Shown: positions 30,001 to 39,400 of the stretch, piece after piece
Position numbering within the stretch: the first letter of the stretch is position 1
Layout: each line of letters starts with the position of its first letter
Assembly (NCBI RefSeq): GCF_006345805.1
Contig: NC_042998.1
Span: 184,326,001-184,390,000 of the forward strand
Length of the DNA stretch: 64,000 nt
Reading direction: 5' to 3'
Source of the DNA: Octopus sinensis
Lineage: Eukaryota
The notes under the pieces: model-generated
Seen by the model: only the letters and a program-made list of their open reading frames with translations
What the model was told of the DNA's origin: nothing
Databases searched by the model: none
Position numbers and translations under genes: made by a program

Positions 30001-31052
30001 CTCTGGTAATTAAGCTTATGAACACATTGAATAAGGGCAATGTGAATGAGAGAAAATTTTAATTTCAAAGAAAGTATTAGGAACATGATATTTTTAGTGA
30101 ATAGTAAAGTTAACAAGTTTTGAATTTCTCAAAGGCATCAAGCCACTTAGGTGAATAGCTTAAACAAAGAATTAAAACTTAAATGTATTTAGAAGCAGTA
30201 GCAATAATAAAAATAAAATACTAATGAAGGATTAACAACTGTAATTTTGTTCTCACATTCTTAATATATTAACCAGTATATCAGTGTCAAACATTTTCAC
30301 TTGGAATTTGGCATGTCATTTTTGTATATAATTTTTAGTTAATTATATCAGTTGTATTTTAATTTTTTTTATACTACATAATCCTGATTAAAAGGACCTC
30401 TGATCAAAGATATCCCTCCCATGATCTTCCCATCTTTTTTTGTTTTTCATATAATACATTTAGGATTATGTTAGCAAATGTCTCTTTGTTTCAAGATTTT
30501 AGGGTGTTTTGTGATTTGAATGAGACTTGGCTGCTATCAAATTAAGTGACATTTCAGATGTAGGAAGTATTTTTGTGTCTAAATACCCAATGTAATTGCT
30601 TAACTAGTTTAATTCAGTAAATTAAACCATTTGGGTTAATGCAATTTACTGTGAGAAAAAGTAATAGCTGTACCTAAGTTTGAACTCGGTTTTGCATTGT
30701 TAATTTAGTTTAGAAACTTGGCTGAAATTATTTATACTGATTGAAATCATACAAATCCTATTAAAGGTAAGTTGGTTGTTTAAACAAATTAAAATATAGT
30801 TTCATTTATTTCCATAATTTTAAAGTCATACTAATTGATCTTATGAAAATTGCATTGTGTTAATGTTGAATTATTTAAATACTAATTATATTAAATATGA
30901 ACCTTTTTTGTCTTTTTTTCAGGTCCCAATTTGCTCAAACTTTTGTTGAGACGTTGAACTCTATGGAAATGTCATCAATTGCTAAACCCTTTTTTCAGAA
31001 TTCCAACTTAAACTTCAGCTCAATAAAAAAACCAGTGTATTTAGAGGATTAG
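1..31052 (+). CDS. PATL1: Protein PAT1 homolog 1 (mRNA decapping activator / P-body scaffold); gene span, 5' end outside window, 17 coding exons
   Basis: GT-AG exons join in one frame (2193 nt including stop). Pat1 family motifs: [88 protein letters not shown]. Confidence 0.95.
1266..1403 (+). CDS. PATL1: PATL1 coding exon EFLEESIYNLVVDDDEEED...DVPK
   Basis: tttcag acceptor, gtaagc donor, 46 codons, acidic N-terminal region. Confidence 0.85.
1789..1855. repeat. (TTA)n-like microsatellite
   Basis: Direct reading. Confidence 0.8.
3301..3729 (+). mobile_element. RTE LINE 3' end (ORF tail, 3'UTR, (GAT)n)
   Basis: DLWKYAVREKTRQDK* followed by the shared tail ggagtggttggcgttaggaagggcatccag...gatgatga. 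Confidence 0.9.
4199..4342 (+). CDS. PATL1: PATL1 coding exon VSPNSHSIWWSPP...QTSLQ
   Basis: ctaag acceptor, CAG|gtaagt donor, 48 codons. Confidence 0.8.
4660..4980 (+). mobile_element. Degraded RTE LINE reverse-transcriptase fragment
   Basis: VGIHQGSVLSPLLF...WELLYADD motifs. Confidence 0.85.
6468..6654. mobile_element. piggyBac-type MITE
   Basis: TTAA|ccctttagcatt...aatgctaaacgg|TTAA terminal inverted repeats with TTAA target duplication. Confidence 0.75.
6716..6970 (+). CDS. PATL1: PATL1 coding exon NSKQMMQ...TLAEVEKKL...TAEELERHM...NAHD
   Basis: ttgcag acceptor, gtaagt donor, 85 codons. Confidence 0.85.
7566..8050 (+). mobile_element. CR1/L2-type LINE ORF2 3' fragment
   Basis: RLRKLQLYSLERR...IIYIWKVLEGLVPN...GPQLFNGL motifs. 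Confidence 0.8.
8055..8377 (-). mobile_element. Mariner transposon 5' fragment
   Basis: MEVTKEHIQHILLKEFNK...NINAVYGD (Mos1-like HTH start); TIR-like tatcaggttgtccca on the minus strand. Confidence 0.7.
8663..8852 (+). CDS. PATL1: PATL1 coding exon TNKMSGSL...GPSPMP (Pro/Gly-rich region)
   Basis: tatcag acceptor, G|gtaagc donor, ends in phase 1. Confidence 0.85.
9000..9445 (-). mobile_element. tRNA-derived SINE (family A) with expanded internal (CA/TA) microsatellite
   Basis: Same head and body as the copies at 28995 and 55272; microsatellite at 9130-9286. Confidence 0.85.
9732..10116 (+). mobile_element. Full-length tRNA-derived SINE (family B) with 11-bp TSD
   Basis: A-box-like tggcccagtggtt, B-box-like gttttgattcc; aatgtaacagc duplicated at 9721-9731 and 10117-10127. 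Confidence 0.9.
10491..10607 (+). CDS. PATL1: PATL1 coding exon MHLGMNRNSTP...NSLI
   Basis: attcag acceptor, G|gtaaag donor, phase 1-1. Confidence 0.8.
10815..11370 (+). mobile_element. Highly degraded RTE LINE fragment
   Basis: WELLYADDL and CGTGRSRRTCDEVVKVDL remnants. Confidence 0.75.
11709..12953 (-). mobile_element. Tc1/mariner DD37D (maT-type) DNA transposon, defective
   Basis: TA|cagggtttcccagaaa...tttctgggataccctg|TA TIRs. The ORF fragment has D-x37-D (EDEAPDH...WPPPSPGNINPMD). Confidence 0.85.
13282..13390 (+). CDS. PATL1: PATL1 coding exon NLARNHPVPRFPP...NGQ
   Basis: tcttag acceptor, AG|gtaagt donor, phase 1-2. Confidence 0.85.
13834..13899 (+). CDS. PATL1: PATL1 coding exon IPHPNDNVRIHRPPHQMRQFN
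   Basis: Poly-T tag acceptor, gtgagt donor, phase 2-2. Confidence 0.8.
13940..14115 (+). mobile_element. SINE family A 5' fragment (old)
   Basis: tRNA-like head gcaggcatgg...gggttcaatcccactgc followed by SINE body. Confidence 0.7.
14385..14588 (+). mobile_element. RTE 3'-tail copy
   Basis: Shared tail sequence ending gatgatgat. Confidence 0.8.
14999..15182 (+). CDS. PATL1: PATL1 coding exon with conserved Mid-domain motif ([13 protein letters not shown]...[10 protein letters not shown])
   Basis: ttacag acceptor, gtaagt donor; hallmark Pat1 motif. Confidence 0.95.
15330..15738 (+). mobile_element. RTE 3'UTR/tail copy
   Basis: Internal repeat units plus shared tail. Confidence 0.85.
16457..16842. 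mobile_element. MITE-like element with about 85-bp imperfect TIRs
   Basis: acctaaatgtggc...gaagacatctcc / ggagatgtcttcc...gccacatttaggt inverted arms. Confidence 0.75.
17001..17118 (+). CDS. PATL1: PATL1 coding exon RYTLRKSAEERKKK...KAYTP
   Basis: ttgaag acceptor, CAG|gtaaat donor, phase 0-1. Confidence 0.85.
18014..19300 (-). mobile_element. RTE LINE 3' fragment
   Basis: MLHGSETW...WYGHVARMD...RPRKTWDEVVKHDL; 3'UTR repeats; (CAT)n at left end. Confidence 0.92.
19373..19533 (+). CDS. PATL1: PATL1 coding exon [22 protein letters not shown]...MEIEK
   Basis: Conserved Pat1 motif; taaag acceptor, gtacgt donor. Confidence 0.93.
19718..19785 (+). CDS. PATL1: PATL1 coding exon AYVILLDIDDLEKRVLALPEES
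   Basis: cttcag acceptor, AG|gtttgt donor. Confidence 0.9.
19850..20067. mobile_element. piggyBac-type MITE
   Basis: TTAA|cccttttgttact...agtaatgaaaggg|TTAA. Confidence 0.8.
20526..20775 (-). mobile_element. RTE 3'-tail copy
   Basis: Reverse complement of the shared tail. Confidence 0.9.
21213..21440 (+). mobile_element. RTE 3'-tail copy
   Basis: Shared tail. Confidence 0.9.
21844..21994 (+). CDS. PATL1: PATL1 coding exon KKLYED...[19 protein letters not shown] (PatC basic patch)
   Basis: ttgtag acceptor, gtttgt donor; conserved IRKG motif. Confidence 0.93.
22850..23066 (+). mobile_element. RTE 3'-tail copy
   Basis: Shared tail with (GAT)n. Confidence 0.9.
23903..23977 (+). CDS. PATL1: PATL1 coding exon [25 protein letters not shown]
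   Basis: caacag acceptor, GAG|gtacgt donor. Confidence 0.92.
24324..25010 (+). mobile_element. RTE LINE 3' fragment
   Basis: RRLRWYGHVARMDEDSCVKKC...; 3'UTR; (GAT)n. Confidence 0.92.
25230..25503 (-). mobile_element. RTE RT fragment, inverted relative to the neighbouring copy
   Basis: PGRSTTNAIF...KAFDRDPRTIIWW on the minus strand. Confidence 0.85.
25868..27800 (+). mobile_element. 5'-truncated degenerate RTE LINE
   Basis: YKGKGDA, NYRGIKLL, FGFVPGRST, LYADD, Cys-rich domain, 3'UTR and (GAT)n, with frameshifts. Confidence 0.92.
28474..28614 (+). CDS. PATL1: PATL1 coding exon GLMVLSE...LALQNK
   Basis: ttccag acceptor, AAG|gtaatg donor. Confidence 0.9.
28995..29392 (-). mobile_element. Full-length tRNA-derived SINE (family A)
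   Basis: Minus-strand head gcaggagtggctgtgtggtaag...gggttcagtccc; tail aagagtaaaagagt. Confidence 0.9.
29611..29708 (+). CDS. PATL1: PATL1 coding exon FACSVISSLLNRAE...LRSAW
   Basis: tttcag acceptor, TG|gtaaat donor. Confidence 0.9.
30923..31052 (+). CDS. PATL1: PATL1 last coding exon SQFAQTFVETL...AKPFF...YLED*
   Basis: tttcag acceptor; in-frame TAG at 31050-31052. Confidence 0.88.
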
Positions 31053-32392
31053 CCATAGCTGTTTAAAGATGCCATGATTCTATTGGGGATTCATAAACAA
31101 AAGCATTTATCATTTAGTCTTGAATTAGTCAACTGAAAGCAACCATGAATATTAATATCTCTCAAAATGTTCCGTCCTTCCAACTTTAATGTTATTGCTG
31201 TAAATCGATGGTAACAGCCCTGAGCAAAGGCATCTGAGGATCGATAGCCAAGAATATCTTGTTGGAAGGAATTCTTTACTCTGAAGTTTTTGTGTGTGTG
31301 TGCGTGGGGTCATTTTTTCTTTTTTTCTTTTTTCGTTTTTAGTTAAAAATTATCTACTGTGAAAATATTTAAGAGAATTTGTAATAGTTTGAGGAGAAAC
31401 TTCAGATGTATATGTGTATAAATAAAAGTGATCAGTCTTTAGAAATATCTCATTTAAAGATAAAGGGAATTCATAACTTTATTTTCCTGAGTGTGTATGT
31501 ATACGTATGCATGTGTGTTTCTGTGTGCATGCAGATTCTTAAATGTTTCTCAGGGTTTCCTTTTTTATTTATTTATTCCATACTAGAGCAACATTCTGCT
31601 GTGTTGAAGATGAATTATTACATTTAAGGTTTTATAGCTTTCTTAAGTTCTGTAGCAAGTTTATTCAACCTATGAAACTTTATTAAAAAAAATTGATTTT
31701 TAAGAACTTTTGCATTGCTTAACTTGGTGACTCTTAAATGCATTTATGAAGTTTCAGTACTGTAGATTTCTTGAGTCTTAGAAGAAGAAAAAAAAACTCA
31801 TTTTCTAACCTCAGACTTTCTTTCCTTACTTTTTACAAAAAACGTTTTTTTTTTTAACCCAGTTTTCTTCTCCCAATATCTTTTGTATCTTGGCGGGGGT
31901 CACTTCTGATGAGAAAATTCCAGTTATTAAGCTCTATTTAGTATGGCTTTGTTTGTTATAAATTTACTTTTAGTTTTGATCTTTGTTTACACTCTCCAGT
32001 TGTAACATTTACAATCGCATTTTGTATTGTAGTAGATGAAGCTTCCATTATTTCTCTGGTCCTTTTAATATCAGGCCAATATATAAACACAGTTGTTGTT
32101 TACAATTCCATGAATTCTTTATATTCAATAACAGGGCAAAGTCGTGGGAAAATATCTTAAACTATTCCTGAGGTGATAGATAATTATAGGGTATTATTTT
32201 GTTAATATCCATTTACATAGTTAAAATCCTGTCAATATTGACTTAGCCTTTCATCCATGTTTCAGTGTTGTTAAAATACTTGTCTAAAACTGGGATAGAT
32301 TCAACCAACCACTCTCCATTCCCTGAATTTGTGGCTCAGTGCCAAAGCTATAATCAGAAGTTATTTTATAACATTGATAGAATAAACCAAGG

Positions 32393-32427
<35 letters not shown>

Positions 32428-35400
32428 ATCTGAGAATTAAAGATTACAAACAAAATATATACTTTAGATTCACACATATAAACATTACAAATGTTTATGA
32501 AATGGAATGATAATATATTTCTGCATACAAGATGTATGTTGAATAATTCAAATTTTCTAAAATGTAACATTTTTAAAAATATTTATTATAAGTTAAAATA
32601 AGGTTCAGAAACCAATGAAATTTTTTGTCATTTCTTGTGTCTTTTCATGAACCTTATTTTCTCAGCAGACTTTTTTCTTCTTTCAAGAACTCTTTGCTAA
32701 TACAATACAAAGAGTAAAAAGATAAATTTTTGTTGAGTGGGTGTATGAAGTGAGAAATTTTCAAACCACCAATGACCTGATTTTTCAATTTTCATTCAGC
32801 TTCTCATATTTAATGTCTTTTGGAATCAAAGCTTCAGCTCCCTAATTCCATCCTCTTGTTACATTGTTGAGGCTTTGTGCTTAATTAAAAAAAATCTTTA
32901 TACACAACTTAAGTAACAGCTAATTACATGAAGTTTCAATAAAACTGTTTCAGAAATGAGTTGCTGGTATGACTGCATTTCTATTCCTATTTTGGCTCAC
33001 TTCTTACAGATTCCCATATATCATTTATTACAATTATGAAACTTTATGCTTGCTTATGAAATTATTTTTAGGGAGGTGGAGTATGTACTAAAAAGTAAAA
33101 AGACCTAGATGATATGATGCACATAATTTCATGTGTGACGTTTGTGCCCAACTACTGTTGGTGTTGATTTCACCCTTCATTCTTCAAGAATTGAAAGTAC
33201 CAAAGTATAATAGGTTTGGATTATTCAATTTTAATCTTACTGATTTAGAAAATTATATTTCAAATGCTTTTATGCATTCAGCTGTTGATTTCAAATGTTA
33301 TTTATTTTGTTGAATAGTTTTGTTGGATTAACAAAAGTTCTGAGATATCTCATTGATTAAAGCACAACAATTATTAATGAGACATGCATCTTAATAAGCA
33401 TATCTTGCTATTGATCTTAATCAGTTTTTCTAGCATCAACAATTAATGTTGCGAGTTGAAACCCAGCATTTTCTGTGAGTGTATATTTACTCACAAAATA
33501 GTTTGTGAGTATGAGAATGTTGAGTTGGTGCAAATGTTTGAGTATTAATCTAGATACTTTATAACATGTTTAATGTTTCACTGAGCTGTAGTCCGGCTGG
33601 GAGGTAACTTCATTTTAAATTCTAGCAGTAAATGTTTTGAGGTTTATTTGACCCTGAACCATTATATCTTACATAAAGGGATTTGTATCTAAACAGGAGA
33701 TTGTCAGTCTAAATCAATTATGCTTTGCATATGCTCTTGTTAATATCCATTTTCTTTCCCTTAATCTTGGGTTACATTTTTAAGAATCCAATACTAATTA
33801 GGAATATTGTGAAACTGACCATCTCTACCCAAATGAATGAATATTTGCTAAAAACAGTGACAAATTGCCTTACATAATTATATATTCATTTCATAAAATA
33901 TCTGGGTTGTGTTAAATTTTGTTTATTAAAACGTGCATCTGCTGCATGACAAAACATTTTTAAATGCAGTTTCATCATTTTACTTCTAAAGTTTTAAAGC
34001 AAGCTTCCAAAGCTGTATTAAATATTTCATTAACCATATACATTGCAGGGTAAAGGGAAAAAAAACAAAGCAAATATGTATATAGAAGATTAAAATGTTG
34101 GCCTATATTAAGGTATGAAGACATAAAAAACTTACTGTTAAACAATTTTTGAACAATTCTTAAACTGTAGTGAAAGAAATTAGGACTATTTTCATTTGCA
34201 TTTGATATGTTACATACAATCTTTCAACTGCTTAATCTCAAGTCTTTAACTTGCTTCTGCTAGACTCTAGACCATAGTCTCATATGTATCAGTAAAAATT
34301 TAGGAATATATAAATTATTCCTCTTTATACTTAACTGGTAAACCATATTGGTCTTTAGCCTAGCAGATTAAGGTATTGATGTTCTCCTCTCCAGTTCAAT
34401 TCTTGGTGATGGCAACACTAGATATATTCTTGAAAAAAAACCCCAAAAGACTAGAGATTGAGGAGTTTGAAAGTCTGTACATATATATATTTAAAAATAA
34501 AAATTGAATGCTCAAGTAAATATTCCTCTTATTTTATTAACTTTAAGTGAAAGAAATTATAACAATTATATTTTTTAAAATGTCATTCAGGCTACAGTGG
34601 AGCAGCAAATGTCTCTGACCTTCTCGGGCCTTTGTAGACAGGGAGATAACAATAAGGTTAATAAACTATGTTCACTGTGCATTCTGACAGATAATTGAAC
34701 AGGAAAACATGTAGAGGGAATGAATTCAAGAAAATTGGGCAAAATATTTCATTTGGTGGAAAGAGCAGTGTTAATTCCATTTTTTTTTAACCATCTAAAA
34801 CACCATTTTAAAACATTTATTGATCTACTCATAAAAAAAGTATAAAAAATAGTTTGTGGCAGATATTTGATTGATGTCACATTTTTCCTCGAGTTACAAA
34901 AAACAAATCAATATCAATTAAAGCTCAATTTCTAAACTGAACATATAGAAATTAGTTTTTTCTAATTTTCTGGGAGCTTAAGATTTCTGTCAACATCTAA
35001 CAGTTTACTTAATATTTCTATAGAGCAAGAAACATTTTATCCTAGACATTGAGACATACAGTCTCACAGCAGAAAATGAAATTTTGAAATGGTTTCTGAA
35101 TTGTAATAAGCCATCCATTTTTCTCTCTATAAATATTCTTCACCTCCCTATTCCTGCACTCGTATTTAATGTTTGGAGATACTAATAAAAACAATACTCT
35201 CGAACAACTTATAGGACAGGGGCATGAAATTGTGTGTGCATACAATATACATGAATATATGTAAACAAGCCTGTTTAAATGTTAAAATTTTTATGCATGA
35301 TTAAGTCGATGCAGTAAAATGTATGCTCTTACTCTTTTAGCATATATATATATATATAAGATATGCTAAAAATACACACTGTAATGTTTACACTTTACAT

Positions 35401-35649
35401 TCTTGTGGATGTCAACTTCTGATATTCCTATTCTGAACAGTGCTTCTTTTCTTCAGTTACATTTTCTAAAATTCATACTTGTAAATTAAAACACATATAC
35501 ATACATACGGTATGGTTCTTTATTGAAAGTACATTATAACTATTCAGCTTAGTGTTGAATTAAGTAATCATCAAACCTAAAACCTTCTGAATTCAACTTT
35601 TTATACATGATTTCTGAGATTTAAGAAGTCTAAAGGAAAAAAAATATAT

Positions 35650-36400
35650 GCTGTTAAAAGTAAAATCCTCTATGAAATCATCTAAATAATATTACCAAAA
35701 CTATAAGAAAACTAGCGTGCATATTTGAATAATATAAACATGATGCAAAAATTACAACTTACTAGAATTATCTAATTCCATCGATTATCTAATTGATTCC
35801 AATGTTTTATTAAATGAAAGTTGTATATCTCACTAAAGACTACAAAGACCATTTTGCTTCTAACCCCAAATATAGTTAACTTTAAATCATGGGACAAAAC
35901 CTTAATACTATTAGAAAAGCAGTCAACCTTAAAAATTGGGACAATACCAACTGTTATTAGTTGGTTTATTATTAGTAAAAATTACTCTAGATTTATCCAA
36001 TTTGATATTGTTGATTTTTATTCCTTTCTATCTAAATCTTTCTCCATCAGATCTGTAGAATTCACTAATGATATATAAATGATAATGAAATTGTTTGCTG
36101 GGAAATATCCACTGTTTAGCAAAGATTCTGTCTGGATTTTAAAAACTCAGATCTAATGGTTCTTTCATTGTAAGTATGGGGTCATATGATTGTGCTGACT
36201 TGTGTGTTGTTGAAGGACTACCAAGTATGAAAATTGTATAAACTTTGGTCTAAAGATGGATTGGCTATATCCCTATATGCCAATGGATACTCTTCAGATG
36301 TAATAGAACCTCATTAATGCCATCATAAATTTGGCTTCTCAATGGCTATTTAATAGAAATTAAATATAAATTCTTTTTGTTGTTACCCTCAGTGTGGTCT
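35650..36400 (+). mobile_element. Ancient Penelope-like (Naiad-type) RT remnant
   Basis: VISWF...FIQFDIVDFY and SMGSYDCADLC (MGSYDGAE-like) motifs, with stops and frameshifts. Confidence 0.7.
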
Positions 36401-39400
36401 GAAACTTTTATAAAATGTTGCCATTCTGGATAAGTATCTACTGAAAGTCTGGAATTTATTACCACCATGGACTGACTGGCCTTCCATATTCATTCATTCT
36501 TCACATCATACCCATAAATCAAGCTGACCTTGCTACTTTTATTTTGATATCCTTGAGTACTAGTTAGGTTTAGTTTAACATACACATTCATTTGTGGTTC
36601 TGTGAAACAAGTAATTTAAATGTTGAGTTGTACCTCCTTTTAATATTTGTCCTCAGCATGCACCTGGTGAATCATTATTTACTTCAAATACTTCATTGTT
36701 GACCAGTGTAAATTATCTTGATTAATTCCTATGAAACTCAGTTAAAATGGATTTTCTATAAGGGACTGTCATTTTATTTTACTCACATATTTTATTTTTG
36801 TTTGAGTAATTAATCTTGTATAGTGCTTGTAGCTACGTCTGTACCTTGATTTTATACTACTATCTAGTAATTTGATTTTCATTGGACATTCATAATTGTT
36901 GAAGCAAAAGCTTTTATTGGTACTAACAAGAAACCATGGAATAGAAATAGCTGTAAGCACTATATAATGCACAGACACTAAACACTTTGTGAGTGCATAT
37001 TGAGCACTTAACTGTTTTCATGGAAAAACTCACCATGTTGTATGTGTTATATATATATATATGAAATCTCATTTATAGTTTATTTAAAAGATCAAACCCT
37101 TACATTTCATGAATTTTCAATACAACCTTGGAGTACATTTTTAACTTCTATGAAATTCTGAAAAAATTAAACTGCAAAATCATTTGATTACAGATAATCA
37201 CTGATACTGTTACTAATAAACCAGTGGATTAAAGTTTTTTCCTTGGTTTCAAATTGTGAAAAAAAATACATGATATAATTTACCTTTGCTTATGAACTAC
37301 TCCAAATTATCTCATTCTCTTAACAAAATATTTGATTCACAAATTCTTTAATTCTTGAAAATTGAAACTTTATGAATGAATTTATCAAATAACAATGTAT
37401 TGTAAATCATTAGAATTACTTTAAAGTGATAAATATAAAATTATATATCAGATGTGACCAGGAAAGGGAGAGCTCAAACAGTATGAAATGGTTGTAAATT
37501 ATATATATATGCTTTTTTTTTTTTTTTTTTTTTTTTCTAAAAGAAAATTACTTACAATTTGTATATTTCCACAATATATAAACTCTATTGCTTTACAAAA
37601 TATTTGAAATGAAGATTGTAAGATACTACTGTATTTTTAAAATTTTATCAAATGTAATATTTTTATTTTATTACTTAACTGAAAAGAATATATATATATA
37701 TTATCTCAAGTAAAACTTTGATTTTGAATGATTGTAAGAAGAATGAATTTAATTTCATTTTGTTTATAATTTACTTTTTTTTTCCCCCCTTCATTGATAA
37801 ATTTGGAGTAACATGAAAATATTTCTTCTTTCCATTTTGCCTGTATAAAATTAGGGTTTCAGACAATGAATTGGTTTGGAAATTTTAGATTCAAAATGTT
37901 AATGTAATTTTTTTTTTTTCCCACCCCCAACATTTATTTCAAATGGGGATTCCAGCTATTTTTTTTTAATGCCCACATTTACATGTGATAAATTTAATAT
38001 TATTATTGTTCCTTTCATTATTAAAACCTTAAATGATAATCCCTTAATAAAGTTCATTGCTATCATCACCTTAATATTTTTATGCAAAAGAAAGTTTTTG
38101 TTAAATATACAATTGCCTATGGGGTGACATATGTTAAGCCCAAATGGAGATTTTTGCTTCAATTTTCACAGTTAAGCAAAAAAATTCATTTTAAAACATG
38201 GACAGTATATCATAAGATTTTTTTACATCCTTCTCACTTTCCAAGAAATTAAATGTTTGAATACTTTGTTTGCTGTTTTGTACAGGTCATTGGAAAGTAG
38301 TTTTACAATTATGTTAACTCCTCATTCTGTTTTTTTTTTTTTTTTTTTTTGTAAACGTATGTTATTTGTTAGTGGCAAAATAGATGGGGTTTTTTTTGTT
38401 TTTTTTTTCTTTTGGCAAATTTTAGTTTATTGGTGCTATAGATAATTGTGTGACCCTTAGTATTTCAAATTTTAAGCTTCTGGAGAAAATTTATATTGAA
38501 AAATTGCTTTATGAATAAATGGATTGTTATAAATGCTGATTTTATAAAATTCCTATAAATTTAATGTCCTGTCATACCTTAAGATATTTTGTGGGTCTCA
38601 ACAGTTGTTTTTAGTGAAATTTAGAATTGGTTATAATTTTGTTAGCTTTAACATTTCATTTAATAGAGCAGCTTTATTGGTTGGTTTATTCATACACTAA
38701 ATCCCATTTGTTTTACCTTGAAAATGCCTTAGTATAAAAAATAAATGTCCAGTCTCATTTAATTTGAAACTATTATTTAATCATTAATATAAAAGGCATA
38801 TAGTAGTTGATTTATTTTTATTGTTGCAAAAGGGAAATGGATGTGAAAATTTTTTTTTTTAAATGTCCACAAAAATTCTAATCAGTGCTTTGTCTCCTCA
38901 AAGTATTACTATTGGTTATGTAATTTTATTTCTTAGGGAAATGCTATTTTAAAATTATGTTCTGAAATTTTTTCTTGTCACAAAAAAAAAAACTGATTTT
39001 TATTGTGAAAATATGTAAAATCCTCATATTTTTATATTAATTACACAAAAAGTTGTCTTTTGCTTTATTTTTCTTCAACTTGAATTAAAGGTAAAAAGCA
39101 AACTTAGTTGTCATGTTTACTCAAAGCCTGTCTACTCTGTAACACACTGTTGGTTGATTAGGATGTGTGTGTGTTGTATAATTTGTGGCACAAAATTTTA
39201 AATATAATTCTGGAAAAGTTATAATTACAACTGGTATAGTCATATTACAAAAGATAGTTGGGAATTCTTTTTAAGTGATGTTGACTTTGGAAAACTGTTG
39301 TGGAATCTTGCTAAAATAAATATATATGCATAGTTATTCACACTTCAAAATTATAAGAATAAAAGAAATTAGCTGTGCTTGTAAAAATCATTAGTCTTAT

